This document shows, piece by piece, positions 49,400-60,330 of a stretch of 64,000 nt of DNA (position 1 is the first letter of the stretch; every line of letters begins with the position of its first letter). Source of the DNA: Rhina ancylostomus (taxonomy: Eukaryota); the NCBI GenBank assembly GCA_030265395.1, contig JARFYF010000012.1:21265069-21329068 (forward strand). Direction: 5' to 3'. Under the pieces are notes generated by a model. It did no database searches and was not told the DNA's origin. It worked only from the letters and a program-made list of their open reading frames with translations. Both the position numbers and the translations under genes were made by a program.

Positions 49400-49990
49400 A
49401 AATACCGTGGCTGCCAGAAAACTAGGAAAAAGCAGCTGAGGCTGAAAATAATATTTAGGACAACCAGCACCTTTGCTAAGAGTTAATGTTTCAGCCTGAT
49501 GATCTTTGATTAGAACCAAGAACAGTTAAGAGATAAACAGGTGTTAAGATGGGCATAAAGGAGAATGGAATAGACAGTCTGTGATAGGGTAGAGGGCACA
49601 AGAGATCATGTAAGAGAAGCAAGTGATATTTAAAATGAGCAGGGATTGGTAAAAGAATAAGCAGTAATACATGACCTGGATGGAGCAAAACCATTATCTG
49701 AAGTTTCTGCTGGAATATATGGTGAATACTGGAAATCTGAAATAAGAACAGAAGAGGTTGGATATGCAGACTATCTGAAGTTGCTGAAGTCAATAGCGCC
49801 TAGAAGGATTTCGCATGACCTGTCGGAAGATGGAGTGTCGTTTCTGAAGCTTCACTGAAATAGTGCAAGTGGTAGAGGGTAGAAAAGTCAGTGTGGCTAA
49901 TAATGAGACAGAATTAAAGTTCCAGGGAGCTGGGAGCTCAAGGTCATGCTTGTGGACTGAAGCAGGGTGCTGGCAGTATCTATTAAAAAA
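49400..49990 (-). mobile_element. Decayed Penelope-like element (3' coding region and terminal repeat)
   Basis: gctgaaataatatttaggacaaccagcac..gttaatgtttcagcc (terminal repeat), a purine-rich tract, and agaattaaagt..gggagctcaaggtcatgctt. Confidence 0.5.
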
Positions 49991-50194
49991 AACTTTAATT
50001 CTTTGCTGTTGTAGAACACCAAATTTCAGAAATGATTAATGAAGATCAGAATTCAGTTATGTGCAAAGAAGTGCCCAAATGGTCTCAAACTCTAGGTTGT
50101 CAAAACATGAGTTAATCAGTCTTGGACTCATTACCTCACATTAACCCCGAGATGTTTAGGTAGATGCAAAAATACGTAGGCAGTTGTTCAAAAA

Positions 50195-51150
50195 TGACAG
50201 GAAGTTGGAAGGCTGTGATTGTTCGGTTAATCATCCCAGCCCCAGGAGACTGCTGCAGGAGATCCTCATGGCAGTGTACTAGGCCCAACCATTTTCAGCT
50301 GCTTCATCAGTGATCTTCCTGTCATCGTGCAATTAGAAGTGAGGGTGTTTGCTGATGAATGCACAACATTCAATTCCATTTGCAATTGCTTAGCAAATGA
50401 AGCAATCCATGCCTGCACCCAGAAGGACCTGGAGACATTCAAGCATGGTCCAACAACCAGCAGGTAACACCTGAGCTATAAAATGCCAGCCAACCACAAT
50501 CTCCAACAATCATAGGTCTAAATACCTGCCACAGATATTCAATGGCACTACCATTATCAAGTTCTCCACCATCTACCTCCTGGGTGTAACCATTGATCAG
50601 AAATTTAAATGGACCAACTACATGAATATTGTGGCTATTATCAAGTCAGAATCTGGGAATCCTGTAACGAATACTCACTACTTAACACCAAAAGATCTTG
50701 CACCATCTGCAAGGCACAGTTTACAAAGGCAATGGAATACCTTTCTCTTGCCTAGATGAGTACAGCTCCAATAACACTCAATAATCTTTCACCATCCTGG
50801 ATAAAGCAGCCTGTTTGATACCCACCCCATTCACCATCCTAAATTATCACTTCCTCTGCTACCAGGACACTGCAGCTCCAGTCTATGCCACAAACAACAA
50901 AATTCACTGCAGTTANNNNNNNNNNCCACCCCTTGAGTCTTTGGAGCAAGAAGGGTAGTGGGCTTCTGGAAAGTCACCATGTGCAGGTTCCTCTATCAGT
51001 TACACTGCATCCCGACTTGGAAACATATTACCATTGGTTTAATCAATGACAGGTCCAAATCCTGGAACTATCTATCTAAGAGCATCCTGGGACAATCTTT
51101 ACCAGAGATGGCTCATCAGCACCTTCTCAAGGTCAATCAGGGGTAACTCC
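50195..51150 (+). mobile_element. Second LINE family RT to 3' end
   Basis: cctcatggcagtgtactaggcccaaccattttcagctgcttcatcagtgatctt (P.GSVLGPTIF..FI.DL), tttgctgatgaa (FADE), and tail gctcatcagcaccttctcaagg. Confidence 0.8.
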
Positions 51151-51189
51151 AATTCAGTAACTCCAGTTGACAGGGGACCTACTGAATAG

Positions 51190-51330
51190 AAGAAGCCTCA
51201 AAGAGGTGCAAGAAGGGAGGGGGTAGAAGAGAGGAGGAGAGAAAGGGGGAGAGCAAAGAGTGAGGAAGGGGCAGGACGGAGGAGAGACAGAAGAGAGGAG
51301 TGGAGCAAGAGCATCGAAGATAGTGGGGTA
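51190..51330 (+). repeat. Purine-rich (GA) low-complexity tract
   Basis: agaagggagggggtagaagagaggaggagagaaagggggagag... Confidence 0.7.
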
Positions 51331-51360
51331 AAAGAGGGAATTAATCATGATTAATTTATG

Positions 51361-51640
51361 CAAGCAGTTCCCAGATTATGACAGGGTTCCGTTCTTGAGA
51401 ACTGTTCGTAACCTTAAGTGTTTGTAAGTCAGAAATGAACAAAAACAGTATGTGAGAGAGGATCACAAACAGCTCTGATGGGAGAATGAGCAGGCACAGG
51501 AACAGCAGCCGCCCTCAATGACTCAGGGAATGAGTGAGCGAGTCTGCTCAGTACCCCCAGCTCTGCTCAGATCAACCTAGCCCGATCATTATAGCTCAGG
51601 GGAGAGAGAGTGGGTGGGGAGAGAAGGCACATGGAAATGC
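51361..51640 (+). mobile_element. TcMar-Tigger-like DNA transposon left end
   Basis: caagcagttcccagattatgacagggttccgttcttgagaactgttcgtaacc..tttgtaagtc resembles a Tigger-type TIR with subterminal cgtaac/gtaagtc repeats. No right TIR found. Confidence 0.55.
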
Positions 51641-52814
51641 CCCATTCCCACCCTGCAGAAGATATAAAAAGAAAATATTGGTCAATTGCCCATGTGCAAA
51701 AGGAAAACATTTTGTGGATCAGTGCACTTGTGCTGAGTTTGGTATATTGATACTTGCAAATATGAAAGAGAGGCCATTAAATCATCTCCTTATGTTCTTA
51801 ACAAAAATGATAGATTTCCAAGAGGGTCCTCTCCTCCAGATGAAACATTTCATGGCTCGACAAATTTAAAAGGCTGAAAACCACTTCAGTGACGTTTCAA
51901 TAAGATAAACTAAAATGAAATTGAACTATCCTATTTTAAAAGATGAAAACAGTATGGAATAGTGGATTTTATCATAACAGGAATTGGTTAGGGGTTGACT
52001 GGGGCATCAATGAATTGATCCCCCTGTTTAAATAAAATGGGATTGCTTTGCAATCCTTGATTTTAGAGGATTGTTTACATTTTTACTGGCTGGTTTTTGA
52101 TTGTTTTAGGTTGGATTTTAGAAACTCAAGCCACTCCAGTAATATAGAAGATCAACTTTCACCAAGTTGAATTGCAAAGAAGCTCCAAAGCTGAATTAAA
52201 AATTTAGAACATTGCAGCATGAAGATTGATGAAGAAACAGAAACATTATTTGCAATTCCAACCGGACACACTGTGAAGGACATTTTTTAGGACGTATCTG
52301 CGCTCCAACAAGTGGCCAAGCAATTTGTATAGTGTTTGAGGTTAAAAAAAAAATCTGTTAATGGCTGAAAATAATTTTGTCACAGCTGAGAAAATCAGCT
52401 CAAAATGAAAGAGCTGAAGTGTTGCAAGTTATTAATACTTCCAGAACAGTGTTTTTTCAATTCTATTCCAGTCCTCCACTGGTGCTCAAACAAAAATGTT
52501 AATCCCTGCATAGTTTCTCTTCAATCAGCTTTTACTCTCCTGTCAAAATGTAATTGTGCCTGCAGATGAGTGACAGTCCCTTGGAAATTTAAAGTAATTT
52601 TATCAAAAGGTTGAGTAATTTCTGCATCTGTCTTACATATTGTACAATTTAAATGCACAAGTCACTCCTAATGTGACAATGTGGCGTGTTTATATAGAGC
52701 TGTGGTGCATATATCTTGGAAATTTATAATTCAATAATACTGCAGTTTGCTTCAAATCCACTTTGTGAAGGTTTGAAAGCGAGCATCAGCCTAAGCCTAC
52801 AGTCCATCACATAC

Positions 52815-53602
52815 CTGAGTCATCTTGGCAAGGTCAAGGGACGGCCTTTGCTCTTCTTCTGGTCGCCGGCGTTTCATCCCAACTTTCTGATCGTTGTGGA
52901 CACACGGCTGGGACCTGCATCGGAGCAGGCGGCTGGTCTGCTGCGCGTGGTCTGGGGCTGTGGCAGATGCTGTATTTGTGGATGGCTTGCCGAGCTCCAG
53001 CACAGATATCTGCTCGTGAGATGCAGAAAGGGGTCGCAGCAGATCGACCCTGGAGGCAATTCCTGAACTGGAATCAGGGTGCAAATCATCTTCAAACCTT
53101 CCACAAGTGGGTGAGGTCCAGAAGCCCTGGCCTCGAGGGCACACAGACCTGTTGCTGGTAGCCAAGTGTTCACATGGAAAAGACAAGATATTGGATCTTG
53201 AAGGCAGACTAAAACTTGAACTCCTCTGCATTGTAGACACCCCGTTTGAACAATGTTGCACGCTGCTCCCACTGTGGCAGCGTCTTTTATCTACTGGAGT
53301 CCACACTTTTGACCCACTTGGTTTCCACGGTGACCGACAGCTCGAGAGTTCATCTGAAAATGAGAGCGACCTACACTGTCGCTTGCTGGGAGGTGCTGCT
53401 GGGTTGCTGCTTCGATCACTGAGGCTGAGGTCTTTGATTAAATTGGTCACAGCAGATGTTGTACTTGCATCACTTGGCCAGACTGCATTCTCCTGATACT
53501 CATCTGAGCCAGTCAAACAAGTCCAAGGTGGATCCAGATTACTGCAGGTTTGTTCAAGGTCAATTTGACACTTCCTGTTGAGGTCTTTCCACCGATCACC
53601 CT
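52815..53602 (-). CDS. FAM53B: FAM53B (simplet) large internal coding exon, 788 nt
   Basis: Translation (E)GDRWKDLNRKC...AVTNLIKDLSLSD..NPAAPPSKRQCRSLSFSDELSSCRSPWKPSGSKVWTPVDKRRCHSGSSVQ..STMQRSSSFSLPSRSN...RCRSQPCVHNDQKVGMKRRRPEEEQRPSLDLAKMTQ closely matches recalled vertebrate FAM53B. Acceptor aaaaag|AG GGT at 53603/53602 (phase 1); donor CAG|gtatgt at 52815/52814 (phase 0). Confidence 0.95.
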
Positions 53603-54328
53603 CTTTTTATTTCAAACAAACAAAACAAAAAGGTTTTATTAGACTGTACCCTGATGCCACTGTATGGATTAGTTCTTAAGAAAAGAAATATTATCAAAGG
53701 AATGGTATATCATAATTTCAATCTACTATGTTAGGGTGATCAAATTTTCTAACCAAATCAGGAGACGTGACGTAGGAGCACAGGTAACTAGGCAGGATGG
53801 ATATACATGCTGTATAGAGTAAAGAGGCCAAACATTCTAGCAGCCCATATTTTAAAACGTCGTTCTTAAGAACACAACAGCAAACATGCAGGTAATTACT
53901 AGGGATACAAGATTGAAGTACATTCAGGCACCACTGATAAATAGTGCAATAATATGGTCCAGTCTTGCTAGCACCCATATCACAGGGTGCCAAGCACTTA
54001 TAAATGCAAGTATGCACTGGTGGTGAATGCGCAATTTGAAAAGTCCACATTCACTTTTGTTTCATCTGTCCCCTTCTGAACTTGCTTCTTCACCATTCCC
54101 CTTGTCAGCTCACTCCCTTGATATCCTATCCTACATCCTGTGGATCCCTGTCCTGGCCCCCATACTCTGAACTCCTTTTCCTGATAGGCTCTCCTGTCCT
54201 TGCTCTCTTCTCTTCAATTTCCTCTTCTTGTCCAATCACCCACTCACTCTCCAACAATCCCCTGCCCTCTCCCCATGTCTAATCCTCCTCCTTCTCTTCC
54301 TTCACTCTTGCTTTCCCTCCTGCATTAG

Positions 54329-54757
54329 AGGTAGCACTCTTGCTGCTGAGTCAGAGATTTGAGCACAAAATTCAGGCTGATGCTTCAGGGGGTACAGTAC
54401 CAGCAAAGGTGTGGTCTCTCAGATAAAATGCTAAACTGAGCCTTCATGTGCTCTCCCAGATAACTTTGATCCCATGGCATCATATCAAAGAGGAGCAGGG
54501 GAATTATCTCTGCTCTGCAAGTTATCTTAAGTGTCCTGGCCGATATTTATCCCTCAGTGAACATCACCATAAACAGGTTCTCTCTTCATTATCTCTCTGC
54601 TGTTTCTAGAGCTTGCCATGCAAAATTGCCAACCACATTTCCAAATGATGACAGTGACTAGATTTCAAAATTACTGCAGAGGTAATTAGTAGGATGTGAA
54701 CTACTTCAGGGCATTCCAAGAGAGACACAAAAGCTGATATAAATGCAAGTTGTTCTT
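54329..54757 (+). mobile_element. DeuSINE (SacSINE1/AmnSINE1-related), near full length
   Basis: Head ggtagcactcttgctgctgagtcaga; Deu domain gatcccatggcat..aagaggagcagggg..gtgtcctggccgatatttatccctca; tail acagtgacta..ttcaaaa..ataaatgcaagt. Confidence 0.8.
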
Positions 54758-55519
54758 CAATGTCTNNNNNNNNNNTCAATGTCTGTCTACAACCCCCCCC
54801 CCCCCCCCAATTACCTGTCCAATTCCTATTCCACTCCTAGCCTTGGGTCTTCTTGGCCCTCCATTTCTCTGCACCATTGTTTAATTACAAGTTCTGGAAA
54901 AAGATCATGCTAACTACACATCTCTAGCAGTGGATGGGGCACCCACAATTTTAGTTCATTCTTGGGTGAATGGTGACGAGTCTCTACAGAGTTCATATGG
55001 TGATGAATGGAACCAGCTGGGAGCCTCTCCCAGTCATTGTCCAAAATAAATGGCCTCAGCCCGACTTTGCTGAAATTGGATGCCAGAGCTATTCCTCCAG
55101 AAGGGAAAAAAAGTGCTAAATGATTATTTTCCCCTAGCCGCAAAATCTAAGTAGCAGCAGTTCCCCCTCCAACTAAAGTGTGCCAGTAAGTAGGTTGTTC
55201 TTCAGCACGAGATTATGTCAATTATTTGGCAGCTGACCTTCATTTAAAGCAAAAGAATCAATGACATTTAAGAGTTAACTGTGATGAGTGATGTCAGCTT
55301 CCCTCAAATATTCCATGACATATCCTGCAAATTTCTACATATGCTCCTCATGTCAAACTTTAGTGTTTCACCTTAAATATCCCAACGTACCCGAACAATA
55401 AGGTCAGTGTGGCTCGTCAGTGGGATGCTTCACTGCCAATTGCTCCAACTCATGAATTTGAGCATGTAATTGAGGGTAACATAATAAAATTAATTGGAGC
55501 TCTCCATTGCTGGAGGTGT

Positions 55520-55700
55520 TGGTATCATTAAACAAAGGCCTCTTTGATTTCTGCAGGTGGATGTAAAAGACCCCATGGGCCATCGTCATCTAATATTGCT
55601 TAAAAAAAAATGATCCCATAACAGTGACTACACTGGCATAGCTGTGAATTACTTTAGGGTCTCCCGAGGACATGGAAGATGCTGTATAAGTATATCTTTC
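55520..55700 (+). mobile_element. DeuSINE fragment with internal deletion
   Basis: caggtggatgtaaaagaccccatgg ... acagtgactacactggc..ctttagggtctcccgaggacatggaagatgctgtata. Confidence 0.6.
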
Positions 55701-57556
55701 CTCCATTTCAATGACAAATCACAGAATGATAACTGTGCCCACAGGATCAGTATAGCTGAGATCTGCATTGTGTAGAAAGGCTGGAAAAATTTGTCTTCTC
55801 ACCCTTCAAAGGAAACTTCTATGAGGTGATCTTAAAGCTGTTTGAAACAGTAACAGTATGGAATAAGCATCATAAATCAATCATTCATAGAACTGTGTTA
55901 AATAATTCTTATTCAAAAAAAATAGGCGAGCATGTTGCTTGCTGTGTTGTTGACCTATTTCATTACACTGGTAACAAGAACTGCAAGAATTATTCATTAA
56001 ATCTTATGATTACAGATAAGAGAAGTCATTCAGTCCATCTTTCTCCATTTTGTACAACTGAGATTCATCATTTGCAGTTTTTAAACAAATTTTTAAATGA
56101 TTCAAGGGTTTTTATTTTGACCATGGGATGTAAGTATAAGAAAACTAACTCATGAATGTTGCCATAAGTTCAATATAGGAAAATAGTAATTTTTGAATTA
56201 AAATCATTCAGTACTTTGTCAAACACTGTCTCTTGCTTACTTTAACCCATCAAGAAAACTAGGTGGTTCAAATCAAATGCCTAATTTAAATGCTCAACTG
56301 GAATTACATGCAAGACAAGTATTGTGATTGNNNNNNNNNNCAACCTGTTCTCACTGAGGTTTGGTTTAAAGTTGTAACTACTGAGTTAGCAATACATGGA
56401 ATGGATTTTCTGATAAAATATATGGAACATAAACCCTGGAACTATCCAAGAATAAGCTTGGTTGCTGTAGTTGATAATTCAGAACTTTTCCAGATAGATG
56501 TACAAAGATGGGTTGAATGGACTCTCCTATCTATTATTACTAAGGGATTTTAAGAGCTCGTTATTGTTCTCGTTACCATGACAATAATAGCAAGTCAGCC
56601 CTGCTGACATCAAACAGTGTAATCACCTGCAAGGCTCTGCTTCTTATTCATCCAAATAGGAATTAAATTGTTTAATACAGTTTCATAAATGATTGATATG
56701 GCACAAAGATTATTTCCATCAATGCGTCAGCAATTCATCACAAACTATTTTAAACCAAAGGCACGTTCAGCCCACAAGAATATATTTATATCACAGTGAT
56801 TCATTATTTTGTTAACACAGTAGGCTATAGCTTTAAAACATTATTACTAATAAATGTTTAATTTAAATATGGATTTTTATGAAGATCCAAGAGGCCTTTT
56901 GCCTGCCCTCCATCAAGTACTAATTCAAAAAGCGTCCAAACAGGGATTAAATATTCAACTCAGAAAGCTCTCTCTCAACCTTGAGCACAATTCAATTTAG
57001 GAGTCAAGCAGAATTATTTAAAAATTTCCAGAACATGCCCACAATCTAGATCATTAGATAGCAACAAAACAAGTTGATTCTTGGTAAAATTGAACACAAC
57101 GTATTTATAGTATCAATCAAATAAAGCAATTTGACATTATATTAACCAGGGAAATCACAACATTTTTCAACATCTCGGTCATTTGAAAACCATTAAGAAA
57201 AGTTAATCATTGAGCCAGCACAGTACACATCTTTTCGTGCCACAACATGTCTCAAGGCTGTAGCTCAGTCACAATGAGGCAAACTGATGGGTCCTGGGTA
57301 AGTTACGAGAAAGAGTACTCAGTAAAAGCCAAGAGGAATTCCAAGTCCTGAGATCAGTCTGGTCCACTCATTCTGGAATATTAACATGGTTTGTATTTAA
57401 AATAAACTGGCCGTGGAATGCAAATGGAAGGGAACACAAAACAGATTATCTACCTGCCAAGTAAATCAGAAAATATTTCATGAGGAATTACTGAAGTGAC
57501 AAGGAGAAATGTGAATAATGCACAGGGGCACAATGAGAAGTCACACCTGTCAATCA

Positions 57557-57582
57557 ACACACACACACACACACACACACAC
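57557..57582 (+). repeat. (AC)13 microsatellite, reading (UG)n in the FAM53B pre-mRNA
   Basis: Read directly from the sequence. Confidence 0.95.
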
Positions 57583-58784
57583 AACAGTCTGAGAGAGAAA
57601 GCTGAACAAAATATTCAGATAACAAACTACTAAGAGAGAGATCAATATATGCACCCCCGACATTCTGAACTAAAAAGGGACTGGTTTATCTTTGCATTTA
57701 AAACAAAAAGAAACTATGCTAATATTCCTATAGCATCTTTATTCCTGGAATTTTAAGGTTTTGGTTTGAGGTCCACGGGGATGGTGGGAGGGGGCAATGA
57801 TCCTATATTTTAATAAATTAATACCAGGATCCATCAAGTTACTCAGCAATGAGTGACAAATAATCACTTTGCAACAAAATAAATTTTATTTAGTTGGCAT
57901 TGTATTCAATATGCAATACATTGGCAATGGCGCATTCTACTGTGCTGTTAAAATCTGTTTCTGCTGCGGGATTGAATTTGACACAGAATACGATACACAG
58001 CCGGTACCACGTGCAAATTTAATGGAAGCAATCATGATGGATTTCTAGCCATTTGCTGTCCTTTTCAAAAAAAATTTCCTGGCTATAAATATTACATATA
58101 TCATTCTTGCAGAAGGGATATTTTAACATATTAACTGAGTTTAGTAGAAACATGGCATGAAGGATGATAACTGGTAGCCTACTATAGGACAACTCCTGCT
58201 AAACTGCATTAGTGTTGCTACGGGGAGACAAGTGGCTTCAATCCATTAAAGCCATTTTGCATAACCGATGCTGAGCAAATACAAATAATGTACTATAAAA
58301 ATAAGCTAAACTTTAATTCTGTTTCTTTTCTCTCCCTTGTCAATGTGTGCTCTCCCTCCTTTCGTTCCAATACTAGACTGATATCTGGTCCTCAGCTGAT
58401 GTCATCCAGGTGTTCTGAAATTGGCAATGTTTTGAATGGGGAATGCATGTAAGCATAGCACTTAACTCACCCAACAGTAACACATGCAGATTTCTAGTAG
58501 AGGTCAGTGCATGGTAAACCAGGTCAGGAAAGTCCAGATGATTTCCTTCCACCCAACTCCGGCTCTGGGGACAACTGTGGGAACCATACTGCTCTTAAGG
58601 ATATCAGTCAACTGACCAAAGATCCAAAGATTAGGACTCTTCTGGGGCTTTGCTACNNNNNNNNNGGAATCAACAGAGGAAGGGGCCGGCCAACAGGTTC
58701 TTATGGTCACAACTCATTTGATACTTTGCCACAGCAATAATTGGAAATAATTAAAATAATTGGAAAGGCTTGGTATGTTTTTTT

Positions 58785-60330
58785 TCTAAATTCACTTTCA
58801 GGATCTGGATGTCACTGGCAAGACAAGTTTATTTTCCAACCCAAAATACCCTTAGGAAGATTGTGGGTAAATGGCTTCTTGAACCTCTACAGTCCTTCCT
58901 GTGCAGATACTCTCACACTACTGTTGGGCAAGGATGTCCTGGATTCAGATCAAGCTATGAAGAAGGAACAGTGATACATTTCCAAGTCAGAGTGGTGTGT
59001 GATTTGGAGGGAGACCTACAGGTGAAGGTGTTACTATGTACCTAGTACCTTTGTCCTTTTTTGTGGGTTTAGAAGATGCTGTCACAGTAGCAGTGCATTT
59101 TGTTGATGGCGTACATTGCAGCCATTGTGCACCAGTAGTGGAAGAAATTAATGCAATGTAGTTGATGGGGTGTCAATTAAATGGACTACTTTGTCCAAAA
59201 TGGTGAAGAGTTTTTTGGGGCTTGATGGCGCTACAGTCATCTGGGCAAGTAGAGAGTATTCCATCATGCTCCAGATTTGTGCCTTGTCACTGGCCACTCT
59301 GCAATTCAGCCCATTGGTCCATGTTTGAACCAAGTCTATGATGAGATCTGATCTGAAGCCAACTATCAAAACTTAAACTGGTCAGCTTTCAGTAGGTTGT
59401 TGGTCCGTAAGTGCTGCTTTATCGCACTATTGATGGTAGCTTCCATCGGTTTGCTGTTGATTAAGAGTACACTGATTGGACAAGAATTGGGTGAACACCT
59501 GAGCTATTCTGCTCATTTTCAGCAGATGCCAGTGTTGTAACTGTATCAGAACAGCTTGGCTGGAAGTGCAGCTAGTTCTGGAGTCCAGGTCTTCAGTAGC
59601 AAAGCTGGGATATTGCCTGGTCCGAAAGTCTTTGCTGTATCCAATGCTCTCAGCCATTTCCAGATATCATGATGAGTGAATCAAAGTGGCTGAAGACTAG
59701 TGTTTATGACTGTGGGAATCTCAGCAGGATGCTAAGATGCATCTTCTATTCAGCAATGCTGGTTGAATATGGTTGTGGATGTTTTGGCCTTTTGTATGGC
59801 ACTCACATGCTGATCCTATTGTCAGCAAGGATGGGGATATTCTTGGACCCTCCTCCTGTTCACTGTTTAACTGTCCCCCACCATTCATGACTAGAAGTGG
59901 TGGGACTGCAGAACTTCAATCTGATCTGTTGATTGAGAGATCACTTAGCCTTATCTACTGCATTTGTTTTTGTTGCTCAATCTGCACATGGTTCTGGTTG
60001 CAGCTTCATTAGACTAGTACCCCCATGATATTTTGGGATGACTAATGCTACTCCCAGCAAGCCCTTCTGGACTGTTCATTGGAGTAGAGCTGATCCCCTG
60101 TCTAGTAATAGTAGAGTGAGGACTATAATCAGGCCATGAGGCTACAGATGGTATTGATGTACATTTCTGCTGCTGCTAATGGTTTACAGTGCCTTGTGGT
60201 TACCCAGCTTTGAGATGCCAGATCGGTTCTGAATCCAACCCATTTGGCACATTTGTAGTGCCACAACACAATGGAGAGCACCCTTGATGTGAAGATGGGT
60301 CTTTGCCATCACAAGGACAATGCAGAGCAT
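58785..60330 (-). mobile_element. Second LINE family, long decayed copy
   Basis: Reverse complement of the tail (ggatgtcactggcaagacaagtttattttcc..tggcttcttgaacc) plus internal ORF2 segments (agagtattccatcatgctccagatttgtgccttgt; gccagtgttgtaactgtat..acagcttggct). Confidence 0.75.

Larger units (their letters stand above)
14033..52814 (-). other. FAM53B: FAM53B last intron (38,782 nt including N gaps), GT..AG
   Basis: Canonical gtatgt donor and ttccag acceptor join ...KMTQ|NLRNF in frame, comparable to recalled human ...KMAQ|NCQTF. Confidence 0.88.

Noticed and set aside
52716-53496. + strand and alternative-frame ORFs overlapping the FAM53B exon, and similar ones at 13781-14092
   Set aside because: Shadow ORFs of the real coding exons.
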